Of a stretch of 32,000 bases of DNA, positions 10,046 through 19,100 are shown piece after piece (the first letter of the stretch is position 1; every line of letters starts with the position of its first letter). The DNA lies in the NCBI RefSeq assembly GCF_003231495.1, contig NZ_PQWO01000004.1, forward strand, positions 390,001 to 422,000, given 5' to 3'. The notes under the pieces were generated by a model. That model saw only the letters and a program-made list of their open reading frames with translations, did not search any database and was not told where the DNA came from. The DNA is from Acaryochloris thomasi RCC1774. GTDB lineage: Bacteria > Cyanobacteriota > Cyanobacteriia > Thermosynechococcales > Thermosynechococcaceae. Made by a program: the position numbers and the translations under genes.

Positions 10046-10420
10046 TTAGCCAGGATTACTGCCTGTGATAGAGCTACTGTCGGCAACAACAGCCGTTGAC
10101 TCAACGCCGCTCGCCTTCGGCTCAACCTGCACCAAAAGTCGAGGGACTTCTCGAACATTTGGCCAGTTGGAGTAAAGCACCTGTGCGCCCTTGACATCGT
10201 AGGTTTCACCAATTTCACCCAGTGATTCCCATAGAGGCTGCAGCGATAAGTCGCCATCAAAGTTTGGTGAGACCAGCATCGTACGATCCGTCTCGATCTC
10301 GTTAAGGAAGTATGACTGATTGCTGGATTCTGTGGCCTGAGCAGCTTGCCCTAAACCCATGCTGAGCCAGAGGACACCACATAGAATGGCAGACATCAAA
10401 GTAGATACAGGTTTTTTCAC
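10046..10420 (-). CDS. Secreted or lumenal hypothetical protein (124 aa) directly upstream of psaJ
   Basis: N-terminal signal peptide MKKPVSTLMSAILCGVLWLSMGLGQAAQA|TE, with an AxA cleavage site. No similarity to PsaF, which I compared from memory. It ends 35 nt before the psaJ start on the same strand. Confidence 0.6.
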   Translation of the reverse strand: MKKPVSTLMSAILCGVLWLSMGLGQAAQATESSNQSYFLNEIETDRTMLVSPNFDGDLSLQPLWESLGEIGETYDVKGAQVLYSNWPNVREVPRLLVQVEPKASGVESTAVVADSSSITGSNPG

Positions 10421-10600
10421 GGTTCAGGAACTCTGTGTTAAGAAATATGAATAAAGTATAAAGTAATTAACATTTCTCTGCAATGTCTGATGCGTAAGGT
10501 TATCAGCCTGACAGAAGCTCACTCGCAATAAAAAGAGTACGATCCTGACAGGCTCTTCCATCACGAAATTGAGCGCGTTCATTTATTTTGCTGAGAGACT

Positions 10601-10789
10601 ATGCAAACGACAGAGGACTATCAATGCGCTTACTGTGGCGAGTCCAGCACAACCTTTATCGATATCAGTGCGGGATATGAGCAGTCCTACATTGAGGACT
10701 GCCAGGTTTGCTGTCGTCCCAATCAGTTCTTCGTTTCTATTGATCGAGAGAATTTAGACGTTCAAATCACCACTGACTATCGTGAGTAG
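10601..10789 (+). CDS. CPXCG-motif cysteine-rich zinc-ribbon protein
   Basis: The 62-aa ORF has two Cys pairs, YQCAYCGE and CQVCCRPNQ, with the spacing typical of the CPXCG family (Cys_rich_CPXG). Confidence 0.7.
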   Translation: MQTTEDYQCAYCGESSTTFIDISAGYEQSYIEDCQVCCRPNQFFVSIDRENLDVQITTDYRE

Positions 10790-10864
10790 CGGATGCCCTA
10801 TTGCAGGCATCTCTAATGTGATGGCCACGTTGATCCAGGCTGCTGACCGTTTAGGGGATTTTCT

Positions 10865-11860
10865 ATGTGGTTTGAAGAATTAACAGGCTTTCGAGAAGAG
10901 TCTCCTGAACAGGTCCGAAACGGTCTAACTGTTTCTGGCAATACGATCACCTCTAAGATAAATGGCAGGACGATGACCTGTGGTCGCTTAGAAACGCCGA
11001 CGCTGTCCGATCTGCGCGCCCAGGTCTCAAGGCATCGATCAGTAAGCGGGCAACTAAAGCTGCATGAGATCGTTGGTGACGCCAAGCAACTGCATATAGA
11101 TGTTGCCAATGCAGGGGCTTTGTTCCAAGTAGCCTCTCAATTCAATCTGTTGGAGATGGTTTCGCCATCCGTTACTCCAGAAGCGGGTGTGGGGATTTAT
11201 GGATCTGATCCGACGCAGGGGCCAGCCTGTGCGATCGCATCTGGGGCGGGCACTATTTATCGCAACTATTTCGCCCACGTCAATGGACAGATTGGACAGT
11301 CGACTGACAATCAAATTGACTGTCTTCTGGATGTGGGTCAGGCGCTGGACAATACCAATGAACGTCTATGGAAAATGCAAAATGGTTACGCTCTAGCCTC
11401 TGAAGATGGACTCATTGAGATCTCTAAACGCATTGGCTCTATGTCAGAAGTTGAGTGTGACGCTTTGCGACAAACCCTACGCATTGGCATCCAATGGGAT
11501 ACTCAGGTGACGCTTGCGAACTGCAAACATACGGTCACGCAAGCCTATTGTTCAGCTTTGCCTGTTGCCTACTCACCGCATCCTGAAACTTTGTGGGCTG
11601 ATTTTGCTCGGCTTGTTCTTGAAGCGTCCTACGAAGCGACGCTCTGCGCGGCGCTCTTGAATTTTGCCCACACCGGCAACAATCAGGTTTTCTTGACGCT
11701 GATTGGCGGTGGCGTCTTCGGCAATCGTGATAGCTGGATTTTTGCCGCCATCCAACGGGCACTTCAGAAATTTACTGATGCTGATCTGGATGTTGCGATC
11801 GTCAGCTATGGGGCTTCAAAAACTTCGGTTCGTGAGTCTGTGTCGTCCTGGCAGCGATAA
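10865..11860 (+). CDS. Conserved hypothetical protein (331 aa); possible degenerate macrodomain/PARG-like fold, which is speculative
   Basis: Long ATG ORF with clean coding appearance. The motifs FQVASQFNLLE, DPTQGPACAIASGAG and TLIGGGVFGN loosely recall the NFAS / GGG / QEE blocks of bacterial PARG-like macrodomains. I cannot verify this without a profile search. Confidence 0.65.
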   Translation: MWFEELTGFREESPEQVRNGLTVSGNTITSKINGRTMTCGRLETPTLSDLRAQVSRHRSVSGQLKLHEIVGDAKQLHIDVANAGALFQVASQFNLLEMVSPSVTPEAGVGIYGSDPTQGPACAIASGAGTIYRNYFAHVNGQIGQSTDNQIDCLLDVGQALDNTNERLWKMQNGYALASEDGLIEISKRIGSMSEVECDALRQTLRIGIQWDTQVTLANCKHTVTQAYCSALPVAYSPHPETLWADFARLVLEASYEATLCAALLNFAHTGNNQVFLTLIGGGVFGNRDSWIFAAIQRALQKFTDADLDVAIVSYGASKTSVRESVSSWQR

Positions 11861-11927
11861 AGCCTTTCATTGCTTGAAAATCAGGACAATTTGGGCACTC
11901 TGAAGGATAGACATTGGGGCAACAAGA

Positions 11928-12509
11928 ATGAATCGCATTGGATTTGGGCTGCTGTTATCTATGCTGTGTGTCAGCTACGCAGCTCCTGTCAAATCACTTG
12001 AGCCTCGCCCAGCGGGAGTCTCGAAGATTGAGACCGAAAACGGCGTCGTGGCTTACCAGTTTGAACCCAACTCTCAGCAGTTCCCTCCCAAGCTCCATAA
12101 CTGGGAGGTCTTGCTCAACAAAGTTGATAGTCAGGGGCGCTATGAAATTGTCCAGATCACACATAGCCTTACCAGTGGTCAAACCCAAGCCAATGTCTTG
12201 ATTCCTGACGATATGGTGATTCCCAACGCTGACGGCTATATCCATTTTGACCTTCATGTGGGGGATACAGAACCCACTCAAAACGCGAACGGGACGGGCA
12301 ACCTGGGGCACTCAATTATCTTTTCGGGTAACGGCACAGGGACAGGGGCGTCGAGTTCAGTGATTTTGCCAGGAAGCAGTGTCAGGGCTGCGACACCATC
12401 GCTTCAGGGTGCATCGCTGTCGGCAGGACAACTGCGCCTGATTCGATATGTTGTGACGGATGCTGTCGGTGAAGACTCTGTTGTCGAGGTTGTCCTCCGT
12501 CGTCAATAA
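11928..12509 (+). CDS. Secreted hypothetical protein (193 aa)
   Basis: Signal peptide MNRIGFGLLLSMLCVSYAAP. There is a Gly/Thr/Asn-rich central segment (NANGTGNLGHSIIFSGNGTGTGASSS). No family recognised. Confidence 0.6.
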   Translation: MNRIGFGLLLSMLCVSYAAPVKSLEPRPAGVSKIETENGVVAYQFEPNSQQFPPKLHNWEVLLNKVDSQGRYEIVQITHSLTSGQTQANVLIPDDMVIPNADGYIHFDLHVGDTEPTQNANGTGNLGHSIIFSGNGTGTGASSSVILPGSSVRAATPSLQGASLSAGQLRLIRYVVTDAVGEDSVVEVVLRRQ

Positions 12510-12596
12510 AGCTGCTTGGGCTGAGGCCCATGAATTAATGTTTGACCCGTAAGATGAAGAGTGCTGATAAATCACTAGTTCTGACTTTGGCATTCT

Positions 12597-12839
12597 ATGT
12601 CTAATCTCTCTCAAGTCTTGGCCCAAGAACTCTCGCTGCGTCTGAGTCAGGTTGAAAATGCGATCTCACTTCTTTCAGAGGAAGCCACTATCTCGTTCAA
12701 TGCCCGCTACCGCAAAGAACGCACCGGAGAAATGGATGAAACTAACTGTGACAGCTTTAGAACGCTACGCCTACTTCACAAAACTGGAGGCATTAGGGGC
12801 CAGATTGATACGATAGATATAGCTGATGGTCACTACTGA
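12597..12839 (+). pseudogene. Diverged, truncated duplicate of the tex 5' end (Tex N-terminal fragment)
   Basis: Bases 12597 to about 12745 align by hand to 13706 to about 13854 at roughly 84% identity (MSNLSQVLAQELSLRLSQVENAISLLSEEATISFNARYRKERTGEMDET versus MTNFSQSLAQELSLRPCQVESAIALLSEGATIPFIARYRKERTGEMDET). Weaker nucleotide homology continues to about 12795 with an indel, so the frame is lost and ends in unrelated residues. Confidence 0.75.
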
Positions 12840-12859
12840 TCTAGTCGAGGGATGCAGAA

Positions 12860-13150
12860 ATGCAAACGATTAAAACGAAGGCGCAAATTAATACAGATCG
12901 GACGCTGACGGTACAGTTACCTGCTGATTTGCAGGTGGGCGAGTATGATGTGGTCGTAGTGCTAGATAAATCGTCTAAGAAACAGGTTGAGCCGCATATA
13001 CTGCAGGCTGTTGAGGAGGTTCCCCTTGCTGATCGTTGGGAACAATGGTTCGATGAAGTTGAAAAACTGCCTCTAAAAGAGAATGTAGAGGAGCAGAGTT
13101 TTCATGAGATTTTGGTCGAGAAATATCGCAAGCAAGGCCTTGAACTATGA
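12860..13150 (+). CDS. Putative type II antitoxin (VapB-like partner of the PIN toxin)
   Basis: The 96-aa ORF has a stop that overlaps the start of the PIN gene by 4 nt (ATGA at 13147-13150). The N-terminus MQTIKTKAQINTDRTLTVQLPADL resembles the beta-strand DNA-binding N-termini of cyanobacterial antitoxins. Confidence 0.7.
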   Translation: MQTIKTKAQINTDRTLTVQLPADLQVGEYDVVVVLDKSSKKQVEPHILQAVEEVPLADRWEQWFDEVEKLPLKENVEEQSFHEILVEKYRKQGLEL

Positions 13151-13557
13151 TTTTGTGCGATACGGGCGTGTTGTTTAGCATGGTCGATCGCACTCAGCCT
13201 CGGCACGATGATTGTCGAAGGGCGGTCATTGGCTTGCAGGAAGTTTTGATTACGACTTGGGCTTGCTTGACTGAGGTGATGTATTTGTCACTTGGGAAGG
13301 GCGGTTGGGCCATGCAGAAGCAGGTGGCTAAATATCTTGTTGATGGCTTGCTGAAGATTCACGAGATTCAACGTGATGATTATGGTCGCTTGTTTGAGCT
13401 GATGGAGAAGTATCAGGATCGGCCAATGGACTTGGCGGATGCTACTTTAGTCTTGACTGCGGAGAAAACGGGGGAGAGTCGCATCTTAACGCTTGACGCT
13501 GATTTTTTATTCTACCAAATTTCTGACAAGACGAGTTTTGACATCATTGAGATCTGA
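13147..13557 (+). CDS. vapC: PIN-domain ribonuclease toxin (VapC family)
   Basis: The 136-aa ORF carries the PIN acidic quartet in the expected order: MILCDTG (Asp5), LTEVMYL (Glu), MDLADATLV (Asp) and LTLDADF (Asp). It is translationally coupled to the upstream small ORF. Confidence 0.85.
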   Translation: MILCDTGVLFSMVDRTQPRHDDCRRAVIGLQEVLITTWACLTEVMYLSLGKGGWAMQKQVAKYLVDGLLKIHEIQRDDYGRLFELMEKYQDRPMDLADATLVLTAEKTGESRILTLDADFLFYQISDKTSFDIIEI

Positions 13558-13705
13558 GCGTGAAGGTTTCAATGCAGAAGACCTAGCGGATTTGTGGCAG
13601 ATTTATGTAGAAGGTCTCATTTCTACACTCTATTCAATGATGATTTCGGAACGCTTTAGACAGTCGCTATGATTTGACCTGACCTGAATAGTCACCCTTT
13701 GCAAA

Positions 13706-15862
13706 ATGACGAATTTCTCTCAATCCTTGGCCCAAGAACTATCCCTACGTCCGTGCCAAGTTGAAAGTGCGATCGCACTTCTCTCAGAAGGAGCCACCAT
13801 TCCGTTCATTGCCCGCTACCGCAAAGAACGCACGGGAGAGATGGATGAAACCCAGCTCCGGCAGCTCTCAGAGCGCTATGCCTATCTCACCGAACTAGAG
13901 GCCCGCAAGCAGGTTATTCTCGAATCCATCGAACAACAAAATAAGCTCACCCCTGATCTAAAGAACAAAATACTGGCCTGTCAGCAGAAAACAGATCTCG
14001 AAGATCTCTATCTGCCCTACCGCCCTCGTCGCCGCACCCGCGCCACCCAAGCTCGGGAACAAGGTCTCCAGCCCCTCGCAGCCTGGATCGAGAAACAGAA
14101 TCATCCCCAAGCCCAGCCTCAGTCGCTGCAGCAGCAGGCCCAGCAATATATTTCGGCAGAGCAAGGCATCAAAGCCACCGCCGATGCTCTCAAAGGGGCC
14201 GCCGATATCTTGGCGGAAGCCATTGCTGAGCAGGCTAAGCTGCGGTCCTATGTGCGCGACACCCTCTATAAGCAGGGTGAGTTCGTCTCTCGGATCAAAA
14301 CGAAATATCCCGAAGGCAGCACAAAGTTCGAGATGTACCGCAGCTTCCAGGCCAGAGCGAATCGGATTGCCCCCCACAATTTGCTGGCCCTCTATCGGGG
14401 TGAATCAGAAGGCATTCTCTCTGTCGCTCTTGCCTGTGATGAATCTCCTTTGCTGGCCCACCTTGAGTCACAGATCATCCGGGCCAAGACTAGAGAGATT
14501 AGAGACTTTTATCGGACTGTGATTGAAGATGCTTTCAATCGACTGATGAAGCCATCCCTGACTAATGAGGTGAGAGCCACCTGCAAGGCGATCGCCGACC
14601 GCGAATCTATCGAAACCTTTGAAACGAATTTGCGAGAGCTGCTGCTCTCTAGCCCTGCGGGGATGAAGCCGACGCTGGGCATTGATCCAGGCTTCCGCAC
14701 CGGCTGCAAGGTGGTGGCCCTAGACCAGACGGGACAGTTTTTAGAGTATGAGGCTATCTTTCCGCACCAGGCGGCAGCCCAAAGAGAAAAGGCCGGCCAC
14801 ACCCTAAAGCGCATGATCAACAAACATCAGATTGATCTGATTGCGATTGGCAACGGGACGGCAGGCCGAGAGACCGATTCATTTGTGGCCGAAGTTCTCA
14901 AAAATTTAGATCGGAAGCCCGTTAAGGTGATGGTGAATGAGTCAGGGGCTTCGATTTATTCGGCCAGTGAAGTTGCGATCGCAGAGTTTCCCAACTTAGA
15001 CATCACCGTCCGAGGTGCGATTAGCATTGCCCGTCGCCTCCAGGATCCTTTAGCTGAGCTGGTGAAGCTCGATCCGAAGTCGATTGGCGTCGGTCAATAT
15101 CAGCATGATGTTGACCAAAAACTCCTCAAACAAAAGCTGAACGATACGGTGGAAAGCTGTGTCAATTATGTTGGTGTTGATCTCAATACTGCCTCCAAAG
15201 AACTGCTGACTTTTGTGTCAGGCATTACAGGTGCGATCGCAAATAATATTGTCACCTACCGCAATCAGAACGGCGTCTATAAAAACCGGCGTCAGCTCTT
15301 GAAAGTTGCCAAGCTAGGCCCCAAAGCCTTTGAGCAGGCTGCGGGCTTCCTTCGCATTCGCGCGGGTAAAAACCCGTTGGATAATACCGCTGTCCATCCT
15401 GAAAGTTACACTGTTGTTGAAAAGATTGCCCAAGATCTGCAGGTGGACTTAACCCACATCAGCCAGATTCCTGAGCGTCTCCAGCCCGGAGATCTGAAGC
15501 GGTATATTTCCGATGCAGTGGGTGAACCCACCCTCCGCGACATGCTTGCCGAACTCGAAAAACCCGGTCGTGACCCCCGCGCAGAATTCAAGTATGCGAC
15601 CTTTAAAGAGGGCATCACAGAACTTTCCGATTTGACCACCGGCATGACCCTAGAGGGAGTTGTTACAAACGTCACGAATTTCGGCGCATTTGTCGATATT
15701 GGCGTCCACCAAGATGGCCTTGTCCATATTTCTCAAATGGCTGATTTTTTCGTTCAAGATCCTAAGCAGGTTGTCAAAGTCGGGCAAGTTGTGAAAGTTA
15801 GGGTTCTAGAAATTAACGAGAAACTAAAACGGATTGGCCTCTCGATGCGTTCTTCTACATAA
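13706..15862 (+). CDS. tex: Tex transcription accessory protein (S1 RNA-binding domain protein)
   Basis: 718 aa. The Tex N-terminal block is ATIPFIARYRKERTGEMDE. The YqgF/RuvX-like block is LGIDPGFRTGCKVVALD...IAIGNGTAGRE. A helix-hairpin-helix region follows, then a C-terminal S1 domain (GMTLEGVVTNVTNFGAFVDIGVHQDGLVHISQM...VKVRVLEIN). Confidence 0.93.
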   Translation: MTNFSQSLAQELSLRPCQVESAIALLSEGATIPFIARYRKERTGEMDETQLRQLSERYAYLTELEARKQVILESIEQQNKLTPDLKNKILACQQKTDLEDLYLPYRPRRRTRATQAREQGLQPLAAWIEKQNHPQAQPQSLQQQAQQYISAEQGIKATADALKGAADILAEAIAEQAKLRSYVRDTLYKQGEFVSRIKTKYPEGSTKFEMYRSFQARANRIAPHNLLALYRGESEGILSVALACDESPLLAHLESQIIRAKTREIRDFYRTVIEDAFNRLMKPSLTNEVRATCKAIADRESIETFETNLRELLLSSPAGMKPTLGIDPGFRTGCKVVALDQTGQFLEYEAIFPHQAAAQREKAGHTLKRMINKHQIDLIAIGNGTAGRETDSFVAEVLKNLDRKPVKVMVNESGASIYSASEVAIAEFPNLDITVRGAISIARRLQDPLAELVKLDPKSIGVGQYQHDVDQKLLKQKLNDTVESCVNYVGVDLNTASKELLTFVSGITGAIANNIVTYRNQNGVYKNRRQLLKVAKLGPKAFEQAAGFLRIRAGKNPLDNTAVHPESYTVVEKIAQDLQVDLTHISQIPERLQPGDLKRYISDAVGEPTLRDMLAELEKPGRDPRAEFKYATFKEGITELSDLTTGMTLEGVVTNVTNFGAFVDIGVHQDGLVHISQMADFFVQDPKQVVKVGQVVKVRVLEINEKLKRIGLSMRSST
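13769..13776. repeat. HIP1 (highly iterated palindrome GCGATCGC); one representative of many copies
   Basis: Exact GCGATCGC copies verified by hand at 3211, 6367, 8533, 9664, 11231, 13769, 16156, 19417, 21563, 24554, 27768 and 31482 (start positions), and there are more. About 0.5 occurrences of a given 8-mer are expected in 32 kb. This over-representation is a cyanobacterial hallmark. Confidence 0.9.
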
Positions 15863-16065
15863 AAAGCCGGTTGCCGACTGCATAAACTGCGATAAAACTT
15901 TATGCTTCGACATCATTTATCAAGCGAAATTATATTTGCTATATTGGGCATGTTCAGCAGAGACTCAGCGCATACTCATAATTGGGTTCTGTGAACTAAT
16001 GGGGATTGGGAACCTCCATTAGCGTCAAGGGGTAGGTTATTTGGGCAAGTTAATAAAAGCGATGG

Positions 16066-16085
16066 CTGGCAACCTAGGTTGTCAG
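16066..16085. promoter_or_regulatory. 20-nt near-perfect palindrome CTGGCAACCTAGGTTGTCAG about 110 nt upstream of the NRPS start; candidate operator
   Basis: Read directly. The core CAACCTAGGTTG is a perfect 12-nt palindrome. The 20-mer has a single G/T mismatched pair. It lies in the tex-NRPS intergenic region. Confidence 0.35.
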
Positions 16086-16194
16086 TGCGGCGGTCATCGA
16101 TGGGGGATAAGTTTCACGCTCAATTGATTGAGCGGGGCTTGATGTGGCTTGACTTGCGATCGCAAATCATTAAGAACATTCATTTCGTTTAAAA

Positions 16195-19100
16195 ATGATG
16201 ATCAGCCAACAGATACGGTGTGGGGACCAGCAAGCCAGCCAAGCAACCTACTGGCAGCAAAAATTAAGAGGGGGACCAACGGGGGTGGAGCTGCCCTTCG
16301 ATTCAATCCATTCCTCTGCTCCGTCCTGGCCTAGAAATGAAGAGCGCGTTGAGCTGTCGGCAAGTATGAGTGCCCAGCTCCAGCAGTTTACTGCTCGCGA
16401 GAACATCACGCTGCTCACCGCTTTTCTAGCCGCCTTCAACACCCTGTTGCTGCGCTATACAGGCCAAGAAGATATTGTTATCGGCTCCGTCACCGTCGAT
16501 AGTTGTCGCCAGACAGCCGCCGGGTCTCCACAGAAATTCACCAACCTCCTTGCCCTGCGACCCTTTCTCACGGCCGCTCAAAGTGCAAATGAGGCTCTGC
16601 AAAACGTCACAGACATGTTGCAGGAAGCTGCCGAGCATCGAGATTACCCCTTCGCAGATCTCGTTAATGACGCAAGCCACCCCGCTGCTGATGTCCAGGC
16701 ACCTATTTTTCAAACCATGTTGGTGCTGTGCGATCATCCCACTGAACTCTCTCAAACGCCAGTCTCACAGGCTGCACTCCTAGACATCTCAGATTGCATG
16801 AACGAGCGTGACCTCGTTCTGGTCATCTCAGAGCACGAAGATCACCTCGCTATTAACTGTCGCTACAGTACGCGGTTTAAAGCCACATCAATCCGTCGAA
16901 TGCTAGAACATCTGCAGTGTTTGCTCGCGGGCATGATCACCGATCCTCAGCAGCAGCTTGCCGACCTTCCCCTCCTGACTGCAGCCGAACGCCATCAGCA
17001 GCTAGTGGAATGGAACCTGACAGAGCGGGACTATCCGCAAGCCTGCATTCATCAGTTATTTGAAGCTCAAGTAGAACGGACCCCTGAAGCCATCGCCGTG
17101 GTTTTTGAAGGGGAACGGTTAACCTACCAAGCTCTGAACCAACGCGCCAACCAAGTAGCGCACCAACTACAAAACTTGGGCATCGGCCCAGAATCCCTGG
17201 TCGGCATCTGCGTCGAGCGCTCTCCAGATATGGTTGTGGGGCTGCTGGCAACGTTGAAAGCAGGCGGTGCCTACCTGCCCCTCGATCCGGCATATCCCGC
17301 AGATCGTTTAGCCTACATGCTTGAAGATTCGCAGGTATCCGTGCTGCTGACGCAAGCCGCTCTCCGAGATCAGTTTTCAGCCTTCCCGCTCCAGTTCATT
17401 TGCCTTGATGCTAAAGCGCAACCATCCGATCAGGACATTGAAAACCTCAACAATCCCGTTCATTCTGAGCAGTTAGCCTACGTCATTTACACCTCTGGTT
17501 CCACTGGACGCCCCAAAGGTGTACTCGTCACACACCGAGGGGTTCCCAACCTAGCGGCAGCGCAGTGCCGCACCTTTGCGGTGCAGTCCTCTAGCCGGAT
17601 TCTCCAATTTGCCTCCTTTAGCTTTGATGCCTCTATCTCAGAGGTCTTCATGGCGTTGTATGCAGGTGCCAGCCTCTATTTGGCCTCCAGAGAATCCTTG
17701 ATGCCAGGGCCAGCGCTCCTGAGTCTTTTGCAAACAGAGGCCATCACTCACGTGACTTTACCGCCTTCAGTGCTAGCGGTTTTGCCCTCCATAGAGCTAC
17801 CTGCCCTACAAAGCATCATTGTTGCAGGCGAAGCCTGCCACGGCAGGATCGTTGCTCAGTGGTCACAGCCGCGACGCTTTTTCAATGCCTATGGTCCCAC
17901 TGAATGTACCGTGTGCGCGACGATTGCTGAATGCAAGAGTGATGGGGCTTGTCCCCCTATCGGTCGCCCCATTGATAACACCCAGCTTTATATCCTTGAC
18001 CCCAGGCGTCAGCCTTTACCCGTGGGAATCCCTGGCGAACTCTATATTGGTGGGATTGGGTTGACGCGTGGCTACCTCAATCGTCCCGATCTGACCATTG
18101 AAAAATTTATTCCTAATCCCTTTGGGGAGGGTCGCCTCTACCGAACCGGTGATTTAGTGCGCTATCGACCAGACGGCAATATTGAATTTTTAGGGCGTCT
18201 TGATCACCAAGTGAAAATTCGTGGTTTTCGCATCGAACTCGGTGAGATCGAAGCGGTGCTGAGCCGCCATGCACAGGTGCAGCACTGCATCGTCATTGCT
18301 CGGGAAGATACGCCTGGGAATAAGCGGCTCGTGGCCTATGTTGTTGCCCATGATTTCGATCTCAAGGCACTCAAGCAATCTCTCAAAGCACAGCTACCTG
18401 CATATATGATGCCGAGTGCGGTCGTCCCAATGGCAGCTTTGCCTTTAACTCCCAATGGTAAAGTTGACCGCAAGGCATTGCCCGCGCCGGTAACAGGTAC
18501 CGCCGATTTTGTCGCCCCTCGGACGCCAATAGAGCGGCATCTGGCCTCGATTTGGGCAACGCTACTCCAGCTTGAGTCAGTGAGCCTTAACGACAACTTC
18601 TTTGAACTCGGGGGCCATTCCTTGATGGTGGTGCGGCTCTGCACTGTCATTGAAAAGGAATTAGGGATTACGCTGCCCCCTGCCGTTTTGCTGCAGGCAC
18701 CCACGTTGGCGCAGCTTGCCACTCACCTCGATACTCCTACCCAGTGGTCACAGCCTTGGTCTTCGCTAGTTCCTATTCAGCCTCAGGGATCGAAGCCGCC
18801 TTTGTTCTGTATTCATGGAGCTGGTGCGAATGTTTTAATGTTCCGTGACTTGGCACAGAACTTGGGGACAGACCAGCCTTTTTATGCGCTGCAGTCTAGG
18901 GCACTAGATGGGACAGAGCTGCCCTTGACCACGATCGAGGCGATGGCGGATGCCTACCTCCAGGAAATACGGTCTTTCTATCCCAATGGCCCCTATCTCC
19001 TTGCCGGTTACAGTATGGGTAACTTCATTGCCTTAGAAATAGCGCACCGACTCACCTCAGAAGGCAAAGACATCGCACTGCTAGCGTTGTTTGATCCGCC

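Noticed and set aside
9940-10260. 106-aa minus-strand ORF from the ORF track
   Set aside because: It overlaps both psaJ and the signal-peptide ORF in a different frame. It has no motifs and no Shine-Dalgarno, so it is a shadow ORF.
10046-10420. Possibility that the 124-aa ORF upstream of psaJ is PsaF
   Set aside because: It shows no similarity to the conserved PsaF sequence (no CKDSPAF, GDFLIP or AGWIGWVGR blocks), and it is about 40 residues too short.
16149-16334. 61-aa ORF upstream of and overlapping the NRPS start, as a possible frameshifted remnant of the missing C-domain half
   Set aside because: Its translation (MTCDRKSLRTFISFKNDDQPTDTVWG...) has no HHxxxDG or YxDFAxW-like motif. The spacer is also too short (about 330 nt) to encode the missing ~190 residues.
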